The notes under the pieces were generated by a model that worked only from the letters and a program-made list of their open reading frames with translations, did no database searches and was not told the origin of the DNA. A program made the translations under genes and the position numbers. 64,000 nucleotides of DNA from an uncultured Candidatus Saccharibacteria bacterium (GTDB taxonomy: Bacteria; Patescibacteriota; Saccharimonadia; Saccharimonadales; Saccharimonadaceae): positions 4,029-68,028 of the forward strand of contig CALIXX010000002.1 in NCBI GenBank assembly GCA_938046115.1, read 5' to 3'. This document shows, in pieces, positions 25,435 to 34,494 of this stretch (its first letter is position 1; every line of letters starts with the position of its first letter).

Positions 25435-27615
25435 CTACACGGCTTTTTCTTGCTCTCGCTGCCAACGGTGACGGACATCAATAATCGACATCTGAGCCAA
25501 TATGTCAGTAGGTATGCTCTGCATATAGGTAATGACGCGTGCTGCATATTCAGGGTGTGGGTAGGTAGCAGCACGCTTTGGGCGGCGCCCTGCCTTGAGC
25601 CCATCGAGTACACCGCGCATCCGCTTCCAAAATGAATAATAATCGAGCTTGGCCTTGACTTGCCAGTGCTGAGCATCTTCTATCACAAAACCTTCGATTG
25701 GTACACCATCATACAGATAGTCGAGCCCCTGCACCTGCTCATACCAGGTCGCAAACTCCTCCCATGTCTGGAGCGTCGCCGCAAGCCGCTTGGTTTCCAT
25801 GCCAAATTCCGTTGCAAATCGCTCACGCTCAGCTTGGTCAACTGCGGCAAACTTCGCTTGGCGGTGCACTATGTCGAGCAAAACAATCCGATCCTGTGCA
25901 TACTCAATGATGTGCGGGTCCTCCGTTGGAAGCATCACCTCACAAACCAAACATACATTGTGCTCTGCAAGATACTGACGAATTTCATCGACATGCTTAC
26001 CATAGCGCTGCAAAAATAAGCGACGAAACCATCCAGCAAAATCGCTCTCTGTCGTTGTTTTCGATGCAAAGACGAGGTCACCTAGTGTCGCATCATAGCC
26101 TACCAGGCCAAGATAGCCATTCTCCTTCACCCAAGCACGCACTGGAAAAACAAGTTGATCTTTGAGCGCAGCAAATTCAGTTTCTCGTCGCTCACCAATA
26201 TTGAAGAATTTATCATAGGCACGAATCACAATCTCATTTGTGAGCGTATTCATAAATAGTCCACGAGCTCGCACTGTTTGCGCTGTCCATTTTTTGTCAT
26301 AAAACACCTTTGGTTTAAAGTGAAATGAGCTAATATTGCCCGGCAGTGACCGCTCGCTAATCAGCTTATTAGTGCGCAGGCTGTGGATGAGTGGTGCGTT
26401 TTCTGGATGGAGGAGGCCTTCAGCCGATTGGTTGCTTATCTCAACGACCGACCAGCCCTTCTCGGCAAGCTGAGCAACCCGTAGTGTGCCACCAAACTCC
26501 ACTTTGCCCTCGAGATTAAAGCACCGCTGGTTATACTGCGCTGGATAATTCTGAGCGTTGCGATGGCCATGCACTTGATAGACATTATCAGAGGTGTGAG
26601 CAACAAAAGCATCGTCGATAGCACCAACCTGCTCATAGCGCCCCACACCACGAATATACTGCTGGCTGGCAAGCAGCAGAGGATTCTCTGGTAGATTGCT
26701 CACCCCTGCGTGGCTTACAAATACACGCTTGTTATGCCATGTGTAATAGAGGCAGTCCTGCATGGAGTTCATCAAACGACTGACAGCACGCTTGTCTATG
26801 TTGGCACGCTCTAGCTGCGCTCGAGTTCGGCCATTAAACTCTCGCGCTTTTATCGGCTGGTGAGTCAGCCATTGCCAAATATAACCATCATGGTTGCCCT
26901 CAATGAACGTCACATTCGGCCTGCCGACAAAATTATCACACACATACTGCAACACTTCTGCATTCTCTGTGCCGCGATCAAGTAGGTCTCCCGTAAAGAC
27001 ATAATAATCATGCTCGGTATAGGGATGCTGCTCAAAATATTCACGCAGTGGCGTATAGCATCCTTGGATATCACCAATGTGATGAATATGCTTATACTGG
27101 CTCAAATTAATCGGTTTCTGGTACGATGCGATAAGCTCTTTTACTGCCGCTGGTTGTATGACAGTGTATTGTTTTGGTATGGCACATGTGGAGAGACGAG
27201 CGTGCATTTTCTCGAGAACTACATCATCGACTATCTTATGTGGTGCACGCTGACGGTTGCGCTCTAGACAGACCGCAAGCGGTACATCCGCAAAATCTAT
27301 AACGTACAGCTTATAGCGATACTTTTGTGCAAGCTGTGCATACTGCTGAAAGTACGAGCTCGTTGTATGTGTTGCATCAACCACAATGAGCTCACCACGA
27401 GCCATACGCATATCAAGCAACTCGTGAAGCTGCTGCCACACCCGTCGATCATCCTGATATGGCATAACGATGCGCCCTGCATCATTCATCACTGGGCTAC
27501 TATACGCTAAACGTAGAGTATCGGGAGATAGTGTATATGGGCCAAGCCCAGCAGATTGCAAAAAGGTACTTTTGCCAGATCCAGGAATTCCACGTGTAAT
27601 AAAAAGATGTCGCAT
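25435..27615 (-). CDS. pnkp: Polynucleotide kinase-phosphatase-ligase (bacterial Pnkp-type RNA repair enzyme)
   Basis: The P-loop kinase domain has GIPGSGKST. The calcineurin-type phosphoesterase has GDIQGC, GDLLDRG, GNHD and VHGHRN. The nucleotidyltransferase domain has motif I VKENGY, motif IV EGFVIED and motif V VKAK. Start at MRHLFITRG. Confidence 0.8.
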   Translation of the reverse strand: MRHLFITRGIPGSGKSTFLQSAGLGPYTLSPDTLRLAYSSPVMNDAGRIVMPYQDDRRVWQQLHELLDMRMARGELIVVDATHTTSSYFQQYAQLAQKYRYKLYVIDFADVPLAVCLERNRQRAPHKIVDDVVLEKMHARLSTCAIPKQYTVIQPAAVKELIASYQKPINLSQYKHIHHIGDIQGCYTPLREYFEQHPYTEHDYYVFTGDLLDRGTENAEVLQYVCDNFVGRPNVTFIEGNHDGYIWQWLTHQPIKAREFNGRTRAQLERANIDKRAVSRLMNSMQDCLYYTWHNKRVFVSHAGVSNLPENPLLLASQQYIRGVGRYEQVGAIDDAFVAHTSDNVYQVHGHRNAQNYPAQYNQRCFNLEGKVEFGGTLRVAQLAEKGWSVVEISNQSAEGLLHPENAPLIHSLRTNKLISERSLPGNISSFHFKPKVFYDKKWTAQTVRARGLFMNTLTNEIVIRAYDKFFNIGERRETEFAALKDQLVFPVRAWVKENGYLGLVGYDATLGDLVFASKTTTESDFAGWFRRLFLQRYGKHVDEIRQYLAEHNVCLVCEVMLPTEDPHIIEYAQDRIVLLDIVHRQAKFAAVDQAERERFATEFGMETKRLAATLQTWEEFATWYEQVQGLDYLYDGVPIEGFVIEDAQHWQVKAKLDYYSFWKRMRGVLDGLKAGRRPKRAATYPHPEYAARVITYMQSIPTDILAQMSIIDVRHRWQREQEKAV

Positions 27616-27780
27616 ATTTTCTCCTTTCTGTAGCGTTGTTTTCAAGATTTCGCTTAACTATATCTAACTCAAGTAATTTACTCTTGTTTTTATATTATAT
27701 CATCATCTTCTGGAAACGGCTTCTACCTCATTAGAGTATGTAGCAATTTATCTTAGTTTATGAATGATATTTATATATAA

Positions 27781-27819
27781 TTCATTGTAAAATACCCTAT
27801 TGGGGTATTTTACAATGAA
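27781..27819. repeat. Perfect 17-bp inverted repeat with a 5-nt spacer in a divergent intergenic region
   Basis: TTCATTGTAAAATACCC-TATTG-GGGTATTTTACAATGAA. Confidence 0.9.
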
Positions 27820-27902
27820 CATAAAATACTATTTATTCTATTATATTGTCCCTACTGGCTGTGGTACTTCTTATACCATTTTGTTCTTATCTTGGTTCGC
27901 GC

Positions 27903-27908
27903 TACAAT
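27903..27908 (+). promoter_or_regulatory. -10 box TACAAT 6 nt upstream of the deacetylase ATG
   Basis: GCTACAAT-ATAGCT-ATG. TTGTTC lies 16 nt upstream as a possible -35. Confidence 0.45.
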
Positions 27909-27914
27909 ATAGCT

Positions 27915-29369
27915 ATGTTCCATAAGGTGGAAAAAATAGATGCTCGAAATCATTCAGGTGTCGAAAATAATACAACACCTGCAAAACCTCGCAGCTTTTT
28001 TTATACATGGCTCTGTCTTATTATTACTAGTCTATTAATCTGCTCACTTTGGTATGGCCAACAATCACAAAAATCATCACACATCACACATATACCACCA
28101 TCAACAATACACACTTACACACTATCTTCTCGTGGTGCTGTTCGCTCACGCATCATCAAGCATCAATCGGCATCGCACCAAACAATCGTTACCTATCCAC
28201 AAACAGGTATTGCCAACATAGACAAAACGGTTGCCACGATCATCGACAATACTATTCCATCTCAACAAACAGCTTCAACTAATGTAGCAGCTCGAAGCAA
28301 CACCATTACCTATCGCATTATTCACCAAGACGACACGACGATTTCTCTCGCTGTGTTTATCCGTACTACTACACCTCATGCTCTGCCAACCAACACGGTT
28401 CACTGCTGGACATTCGATAAAATGAGTGGCCAGCCAATTACATCGTCTGCCCTCGTTGATACATCAATCGCAGGGATCAATGAGATTGTTATTGCTCTAC
28501 GCAGACAAGTGCAGCAGCGCTACCCGCATGTAGAGCCAGTAAAAGTAGCGGGAGTCATTACTCCAGAATCTATCACGAACTTTTTAGTACACGACCGAAA
28601 AACAATTGGCTTTCTCTTCGATAAACGCTCGCTTGGTATTGGTGTAGATGGAATCATTAGCCTGAAATTGCCAATCAAGCAGCTCAGCCATTTTGTCCAA
28701 AACCCAACCACCAAGAAGCTTTTTGATATTCCACCGTCAGCATTATCATCAACAACCGACTGCGTGCGTTATCGCTGTATTGCACTCACCTTCGACGATG
28801 GGCCTGGGTTATACACGCAAACACTACTCGAGTATCTTGATCGCTATCATGCTAAGGCAACCTTCTTTGTGGTGGGGCGAAATGTTGCACCATACAGTAT
28901 CGCGCTCCAGCAAGCAGTTCAACGCAAACACCAAGTAGGCAACCACACGTGGAATCATCCACTCCTTCCTAAGCGCGACGAAGCTGTCATCCGCCAAGAG
29001 ATTGAGAGTACAAACAGTGCCGTTGCTGCAGCTACTGGCGTGACACCAACAATGGTCCGTCCACCATATGGTGGCATGAATGACAAGGTGCGTGCGCAGC
29101 TCCAGCAGCTTACTATGCCAGCCATTATGTGGTCAATCGATACACGTGATTGGGCCGATCACGATGCAGCAATTGTCTGCAGCCGTGCCGTTGCCAATGC
29201 CGCACCTGGTGCGATTATTCTCATGCACGATATCCACAAAACCAGCGTCGATGCTGTGCCGTGTATCCTCGATGCATTACAAAAGCAAGGGTACAGATTT
29301 GTCACGGTCAAGAACCTATTTGGCCATCCGCTCAGCGCTGGCGAGTCATATTCTCAATATAAGCAGTAG
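27915..29369 (+). CDS. Membrane-anchored polysaccharide/peptidoglycan deacetylase (NodB homology domain)
   Basis: NodB motifs TFDDGP, HTWNHP, RPPYG and LMHD sit in the C-terminal half. An N-terminal TM helix is present. Start moved from the tracked TTG to MFHKVEK. Confidence 0.85.
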   Translation: MFHKVEKIDARNHSGVENNTTPAKPRSFFYTWLCLIITSLLICSLWYGQQSQKSSHITHIPPSTIHTYTLSSRGAVRSRIIKHQSASHQTIVTYPQTGIANIDKTVATIIDNTIPSQQTASTNVAARSNTITYRIIHQDDTTISLAVFIRTTTPHALPTNTVHCWTFDKMSGQPITSSALVDTSIAGINEIVIALRRQVQQRYPHVEPVKVAGVITPESITNFLVHDRKTIGFLFDKRSLGIGVDGIISLKLPIKQLSHFVQNPTTKKLFDIPPSALSSTTDCVRYRCIALTFDDGPGLYTQTLLEYLDRYHAKATFFVVGRNVAPYSIALQQAVQRKHQVGNHTWNHPLLPKRDEAVIRQEIESTNSAVAAATGVTPTMVRPPYGGMNDKVRAQLQQLTMPAIMWSIDTRDWADHDAAIVCSRAVANAAPGAIILMHDIHKTSVDAVPCILDALQKQGYRFVTVKNLFGHPLSAGESYSQYKQ

Positions 29370-29414
29370 GGTCTTTATAAACCGCTCATGCTACCATTCC
29401 GCTGTGTAATCCTC

Positions 29415-29420
29415 TACACT
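29415..29420 (+). promoter_or_regulatory. -10 box TACACT 6 nt upstream of the ATG at 29427
   Basis: TCTACACT-AATGCT-ATG. Confidence 0.4.
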
Positions 29421-29426
29421 AATGCT

Positions 29427-31628
29427 ATGCAACAACCATTTCTTCCTAACAACACCTCTCTCTCTTCAAGTCCACTCGATCTGGAGCAGCGGCTTGAGGT
29501 CCTGCAGCTTCCTGAGGCGAAACTGCTAATCGGCGAACATATCAAAGCCTCACCAGAGTCACAAGGGGCAGACGAAGCAGCCAATCAGCGCGCAGAATAT
29601 CAACGAACTGTCTGCTCGCTCAACGTTATGGACTACCTATACTATGGCGGCGATGAAAATTATCACAAACTGACCGCTACCCAGAACGACGCCAATCGCC
29701 TCACGCGTGAAGAATTTGAAGAATTTCATCAGTGGGTTGCGAGCAACTTGCCTGGCGAGCATAGCGCCAATGTAATGCGCTACATTATGCTTATTCATGA
29801 TCTAGGCAAGAACCAAACGCTCGCGAGTGCCGTTATGGGAGAGGATGCCACTGATTCGGTCGATCATGACGAAGTGCTGCGCCGTTTACTCAGGTCAGAT
29901 TACGCTGCAAAGCGCACAGAGTTATTACCGACATTCAGCCAATTAAGCGAAGTAGACCAAACGATCATACGCGATGTCATCAATACAGAACTCAATCTTG
30001 GCCAGTTTATCCAAGCCGAAGCACCGGCGGCAACGCTGGCAAGCTTTGCGGACAGTACTGAGCCAGTGCGCTCGCTCTATATCATGCATACGCTATTTGA
30101 TATTGCTGGTGCGGCGGGACATGTTAATGCTGAGAGTTCTCTACTCCTCACTTCTCCTATGTACAACCAAATGGCAGCAGCCTGCGACGTCTTAACCGAC
30201 AGCACCCTCCCGACCGACAACGCACGCTACACTCACTACCTCGCTCGGCGAGCACAGCGCTTTGGCCTCGATAACGATGCTATTGAGCAGCTCATCAACA
30301 GCCAAGCATATACTCACACTGTGCGCCTTGCTTGTATGCTACGCTACGATTCGCCAGAAGAGTATCAGCAACTGACCAATGCGCTAGATACGCTACCTGG
30401 CCCTGTACAAGCTATTCTCGCTCAAGAGCTCAGCAATGATGGTATTCATCAGCGTGCGACTCTGCCTTACTACGGCCCAGCCTTGCTGAAGGGGCTTGAG
30501 AAACATCATAGCCTCGGCACGGCGCTCACTTACTTTGCGCATGTTTTGCAAGAGGCACACATTGCCGACAAAGCAGCGCGCAAAGCAGGCGAGACAGGTA
30601 TCGTCACGGCAGACCTCAGCACTATTGCCCAAGCCGCCAACCAAGACATACTTGATCCACACCACGCTGAGCTGCGCTTTCATCACAGTGGTGAGACACT
30701 TGTGCCAGAATATCAGGACACACCTGAGCTCGCTATCGATTCACTCCCAGCGTTTGACTCTGAGAAGCTACGCGGCAAACGGATCATCTACCTTGGGATG
30801 GGTGGTGGCTCGGATGGTATCCAGGCTGCTATGCTAAGCAAGCTTCATCAGCAGCACCATGCCGTGCAGCCTACAGCTATTGTGTCGGTGCGCAACTTCG
30901 CTGCCGATAGCAACAAACAGCTTGCTCATACTGGCCGACAGATTGGTGACGCACTCGCAGAGATTACGAAGGAAACAACCAAAGTTGGTGACTGGCGCTT
31001 CCTCGAGGATATTATTGCTAAGGACGAGACAATCGCACCAGTTTATCTGCTTAATTCAATCGAGCCGGAGCAGATTACTCACGACCTGCAGATTCTCATC
31101 CGCGAGACGGGAGCTGATGCAATTTGTGGCATCGACACCGGTGGTGATGTACTCTACCATGCCAATACCGCCATCGACCCAACAACCTCATCACCGGATC
31201 AAGATTATGCTGTACTCACTGCTCTGCATATGATCAACGCCGCAGCAGAGGCAGATGGCACACCACTCAATGTCTTTACTGCTATTGTTGCACCTGGCGT
31301 GGATACACCTCCATATGCCAATGAGATACTTACTCGCAGCAGCGCCCAGCGCTATTCTCTTCACCCAGACGATACCACCACGATTACTCAAACCTACGCT
31401 GCATGGCGCATGGACGGCTCTGCTAGCGAAGAAGGGCTTTATGGTAAAACACCACTGGCGTGGATTGCTGCGCTGACAGGCAAGTACGGCTTGCAGCCAC
31501 TCGCTCTCCCACGAGCTAACGCAACTTCAGCTCATAACCCATGGCGTATCTTTATGAATATCCGCCCTTCGACTGCTCGCGTGGTAATGATGCAGGCTGA
31601 GCAGTTATACCAAGCTGTAAATCATTGA
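29427..31628 (+). CDS. Uncharacterised 733-aa fusion protein: N-terminal HD-like domain plus C-terminal DUF1152-like domain
   Basis: The N-half has an HD-type signature RYIMLIHDLGKN ... VDHDEV. The C-half has IIYLGMGGGSDG and ICGIDTGGDVLY, which resemble the GGGGD / DxGGD motifs I recall for archaeal DUF1152. Assignment is from memory only. Confidence 0.5.
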   Translation: MQQPFLPNNTSLSSSPLDLEQRLEVLQLPEAKLLIGEHIKASPESQGADEAANQRAEYQRTVCSLNVMDYLYYGGDENYHKLTATQNDANRLTREEFEEFHQWVASNLPGEHSANVMRYIMLIHDLGKNQTLASAVMGEDATDSVDHDEVLRRLLRSDYAAKRTELLPTFSQLSEVDQTIIRDVINTELNLGQFIQAEAPAATLASFADSTEPVRSLYIMHTLFDIAGAAGHVNAESSLLLTSPMYNQMAAACDVLTDSTLPTDNARYTHYLARRAQRFGLDNDAIEQLINSQAYTHTVRLACMLRYDSPEEYQQLTNALDTLPGPVQAILAQELSNDGIHQRATLPYYGPALLKGLEKHHSLGTALTYFAHVLQEAHIADKAARKAGETGIVTADLSTIAQAANQDILDPHHAELRFHHSGETLVPEYQDTPELAIDSLPAFDSEKLRGKRIIYLGMGGGSDGIQAAMLSKLHQQHHAVQPTAIVSVRNFAADSNKQLAHTGRQIGDALAEITKETTKVGDWRFLEDIIAKDETIAPVYLLNSIEPEQITHDLQILIRETGADAICGIDTGGDVLYHANTAIDPTTSSPDQDYAVLTALHMINAAAEADGTPLNVFTAIVAPGVDTPPYANEILTRSSAQRYSLHPDDTTTITQTYAAWRMDGSASEEGLYGKTPLAWIAALTGKYGLQPLALPRANATSAHNPWRIFMNIRPSTARVVMMQAEQLYQAVNH

Positions 31629-31663
31629 TTAAATTAATCAGTAATAGAAGGAGTTCTCTTCAT

Positions 31664-32443
31664 ATGAAATTAACATTCATGACATATAATATCTACAATG
31701 GTGCCGAGACAACGATCGATGACGTTATTGCAGTTATCAACGAAGTAAAGCCAGATATCCTGACGCTTAACGAAGCAAATGGCTTCGAGAACGACACAAG
31801 AAAACGCCTTGCATACGTCTCAGAACAGACCGCTATGCCCTATACTCACCTTGCGCTCTGCGGCGATGGGTCGTGGTACCATACAGCGTTGCTATCAAAA
31901 TATCCTATCCTGGATGCAACATTGCTCTACCCGTGTAGTCGATCACTCTTAGTAAGCCGCATTCAAGTCGATAATCATGTTTTCTCCATTGGTAGCCTTC
32001 ATCTCTCACCGCGATGCGAAGCTGACCGGCTACAAGAGGTGCACCGGCTTATTAACCATATTGGTGAGAATAGCACTCATACTGCTGTTATGGGTGATTG
32101 CAATTCACTCTCGTTTTATGATACATATCCGCCTGATATGGTAGATTCTTTCGATGCAAACTTGACGCGCAAATTTACTCGTGATGGCACAATTGTTCAT
32201 GATGTCACTCGTTTTATGGCACAGGCGGGCCTTGTCGATACAGCAGCTGCTTTGCAACAACACGCAACCTCGACGGCTCCAACACCACTGCCACCACACC
32301 CTGATCACCCAACCAGCCGGCTTGACTATATCTTTGTCTCGAAGGATCTGCAGCCTGCATTAACCTCATACAATGTTGTTAAAACACCACTATCAGACCG
32401 GGCGTCGGATCACTACCCAGTTGTCGTTGAGCTTGCATTATAG
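31664..32443 (+). CDS. Endonuclease/exonuclease/phosphatase (EEP) family phosphodiesterase
   Basis: MTYNIYNG, LTLNEAN, GDCNS and the C-terminal SDHYPVVVEL. SD AAGGAG lies upstream of MKLTFMTYN. Confidence 0.8.
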   Translation: MKLTFMTYNIYNGAETTIDDVIAVINEVKPDILTLNEANGFENDTRKRLAYVSEQTAMPYTHLALCGDGSWYHTALLSKYPILDATLLYPCSRSLLVSRIQVDNHVFSIGSLHLSPRCEADRLQEVHRLINHIGENSTHTAVMGDCNSLSFYDTYPPDMVDSFDANLTRKFTRDGTIVHDVTRFMAQAGLVDTAAALQQHATSTAPTPLPPHPDHPTSRLDYIFVSKDLQPALTSYNVVKTPLSDRASDHYPVVVELAL

Positions 32444-32523
32444 GTGCAAGCTCTCTCGTCCGCTGCTAGAATTTCTTTCGTCTCCCGGTATTTGAATTTT
32501 GCGACCCAAGGGCAATATAAGCT

Positions 32524-32555
32524 TTAATAAAATAAGACCGATTTTCATCGGTCTT
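32524..32555 (-). terminator. Rho-independent terminator downstream of tRNA-Asn
   Basis: Hairpin AAGACCGAT-loop-ATCGGTCTT. On the minus strand it is followed by ATTTTATT. Confidence 0.55.
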
Positions 32556-32567
32556 TATCATGCATCG

Positions 32568-32642
32568 TGGCTCCGGAGACTGGGCTCGAACCAGCGACCT
32601 AATCGTTAACAGCGACCCGCTCTACCACTGAGCTACTCCGGA
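32568..32642 (-). tRNA. tRNA-Asn (anticodon GUU), CCA encoded
   Basis: The minus strand reads TCCGGAG TA GCTC AGTGGTA GAGC G GGTCG CTGTTAA CGATT AGGTC GCTGG TTCGAGC CCAGT CTCCGGA G CCA. Confidence 0.9.
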
Positions 32643-32652
32643 TTACTCTGTA

Positions 32653-32682
32653 AGTATACCGGTTGAAGGGGTGGTTCGTCAA
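32653..32682 (-). promoter_or_regulatory. Promoter TTGACG-N18-TATACT for tRNA-Asn
   Basis: -35 is at 32677-32682 and -10 at 32653-32658 (minus strand). The architecture matches the tRNA-Lys promoter. Confidence 0.55.
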
Positions 32683-32711
32683 GAGTCACGCCGCAAAATA
32701 AGCATTTTATG

Positions 32712-34478
32712 CTATGGCTGGCTGCGGAATTGTTCGATCCGCTTAGTTAGCTCAGCGATATTGTTCCAACTACTGCCATCTGTCATGATGGCGAGCACAT
32801 ATTTGCCGTTTGAATCATAGACGATCGCTGCGTCGTGCAGGAGACCATTCAAGAATCCAACCTTATCTGCCACCGTACCATTAGTGCCAGCAGGGATACC
32901 CTTGCGATATACATTGGCCTTAAGTGCAGAGAGGAACCGGTCACGGTTGGCACTACTAAAGTTCTGCCCCGCATCAAGCATTACCATAAAGCGTGCAAGG
33001 TCATTTGCTGTGGTGTATGGCCCGCCAGACTTGGCAAAGGTCGTGTCTTTGAATCCAATGTCATTGGCATCCTTTGTCACAACGTCATAACCAATAACCT
33101 TAAGGTAGTTCTCTGCACATGGGTTATCACTCTGGCTAATCATTTTGTTGAAGCAAACTTGGTTGTCCTCCCAGCGCCAGCCTGCCAGCTGCTCGCGCCG
33201 AAGCACGCTATAGCCAACAAATAGTTTGTATGTACTGGCAGTGACAAATTGCTTGTTGCCATTGTAGCTTGCATTGCGCTTCTTGCCATCAATCTCTAAG
33301 AATGAGACGCCATACGTTCCGGGGTGATCTTCAGCATAGTGTTTGAGAAGAGCGTTGAGCCCGTCTTCGGTTGAGCTATAATTGCGGTCATATTCTACCT
33401 TGGCTGGCACCGTCTTCGTCACTGCGGCTGGCTGTGGGCGTGTTTGATTAATAAACTCCGAGAGCTGCTGCGCAGTTGCGTCAATATCCAGCGTGCGCCC
33501 TGGTTTACCATCTGTGCGTGACGTTTCAGTGAGGTCGTACGTGGCAACTTTCGTGGTACCTGGGTCAATATTCACCTTTGGCGTGACATGCTTTGTGAGA
33601 TAGCCGGAGGCTTGTGATGCACTAATACTTGCTACTAATGCCTTGTCCTTTGGCTGAGTAACAACCCATTGAATAACTTCATTCGCTGGCAATGTCACCG
33701 TCTCCTCGTTTACTTTAAGAGCGACACCTTTGCCAATAACTTTCGTGATCTTTTGCTCGAGCGCCTTCGCTGCATCGGTTGTAATAGCCGGGGCGATGCC
33801 GCGCATTGGGATCTCAACGGTCGTGCCCTGCATGAGACGTGGGCTAATTGCACCAATGCTATGCGATACCGCATCACGCTGACACTCACCACCGCGCCGC
33901 GCTTGATTAACCACCAGCTTGCCATGTTCGACTTTGAGGCTCGCATCGACTGGTGCACGCTTACAGACTGGCATGATCGTCTGAGTAATATATTGCTCAG
34001 TACGCGTAGTAGTCGTTAATTTTGGCGAGCTTGGCACATCTGGCTGCCACCAGAACGACGACAACGGCATAATTCGCCACAGCAAGGGATACTGCGCCTG
34101 CGTAAGCCGGTCGGTGTTGTCTACTGTAATAGCAAGCTGCTCAATCGTCGGCGAGGCAATGGTTGTGCCATCACCCACTAGCTTTACGGAGTGTCCTTGG
34201 TAGGCTTGGTTAAGGGTTTCTGTGGCTTCTGGCATTGTCTGCCAACCAAGCGATACACCGTCGATCCGAGCATTTGGCAGCAGTCGATCACTTGGATACA
34301 CCAGCTGAAACAGCACATTAAGCCCAAGAATAATACCAATAGTGATATATGTTTTGCGCCGTGTCCAGCGAATACGCAACACTGGCACACGCCAATCGGC
34401 AAAACAAAGTTTTTCGGCAATAGTTGCCTTGCGGCGTCGGGGGTACGGACGCTGCGCGCGCGGAGGAGTATACATCAT
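32712..34478 (-). CDS. Membrane-anchored serine hydrolase with class A beta-lactamase / DD-peptidase fold
   Basis: N-terminal TM helix and a long extracellular linker region. The C-terminal domain has ASTYK (SxxK), SQSDN (SxN) and DKVGF (KxG). Confidence 0.7.
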   Translation of the reverse strand: MMYTPPRAQRPYPRRRKATIAEKLCFADWRVPVLRIRWTRRKTYITIGIILGLNVLFQLVYPSDRLLPNARIDGVSLGWQTMPEATETLNQAYQGHSVKLVGDGTTIASPTIEQLAITVDNTDRLTQAQYPLLWRIMPLSSFWWQPDVPSSPKLTTTTRTEQYITQTIMPVCKRAPVDASLKVEHGKLVVNQARRGGECQRDAVSHSIGAISPRLMQGTTVEIPMRGIAPAITTDAAKALEQKITKVIGKGVALKVNEETVTLPANEVIQWVVTQPKDKALVASISASQASGYLTKHVTPKVNIDPGTTKVATYDLTETSRTDGKPGRTLDIDATAQQLSEFINQTRPQPAAVTKTVPAKVEYDRNYSSTEDGLNALLKHYAEDHPGTYGVSFLEIDGKKRNASYNGNKQFVTASTYKLFVGYSVLRREQLAGWRWEDNQVCFNKMISQSDNPCAENYLKVIGYDVVTKDANDIGFKDTTFAKSGGPYTTANDLARFMVMLDAGQNFSSANRDRFLSALKANVYRKGIPAGTNGTVADKVGFLNGLLHDAAIVYDSNGKYVLAIMTDGSSWNNIAELTKRIEQFRSQP

Positions 34479-34494
34479 GTAGATATTATATCAT

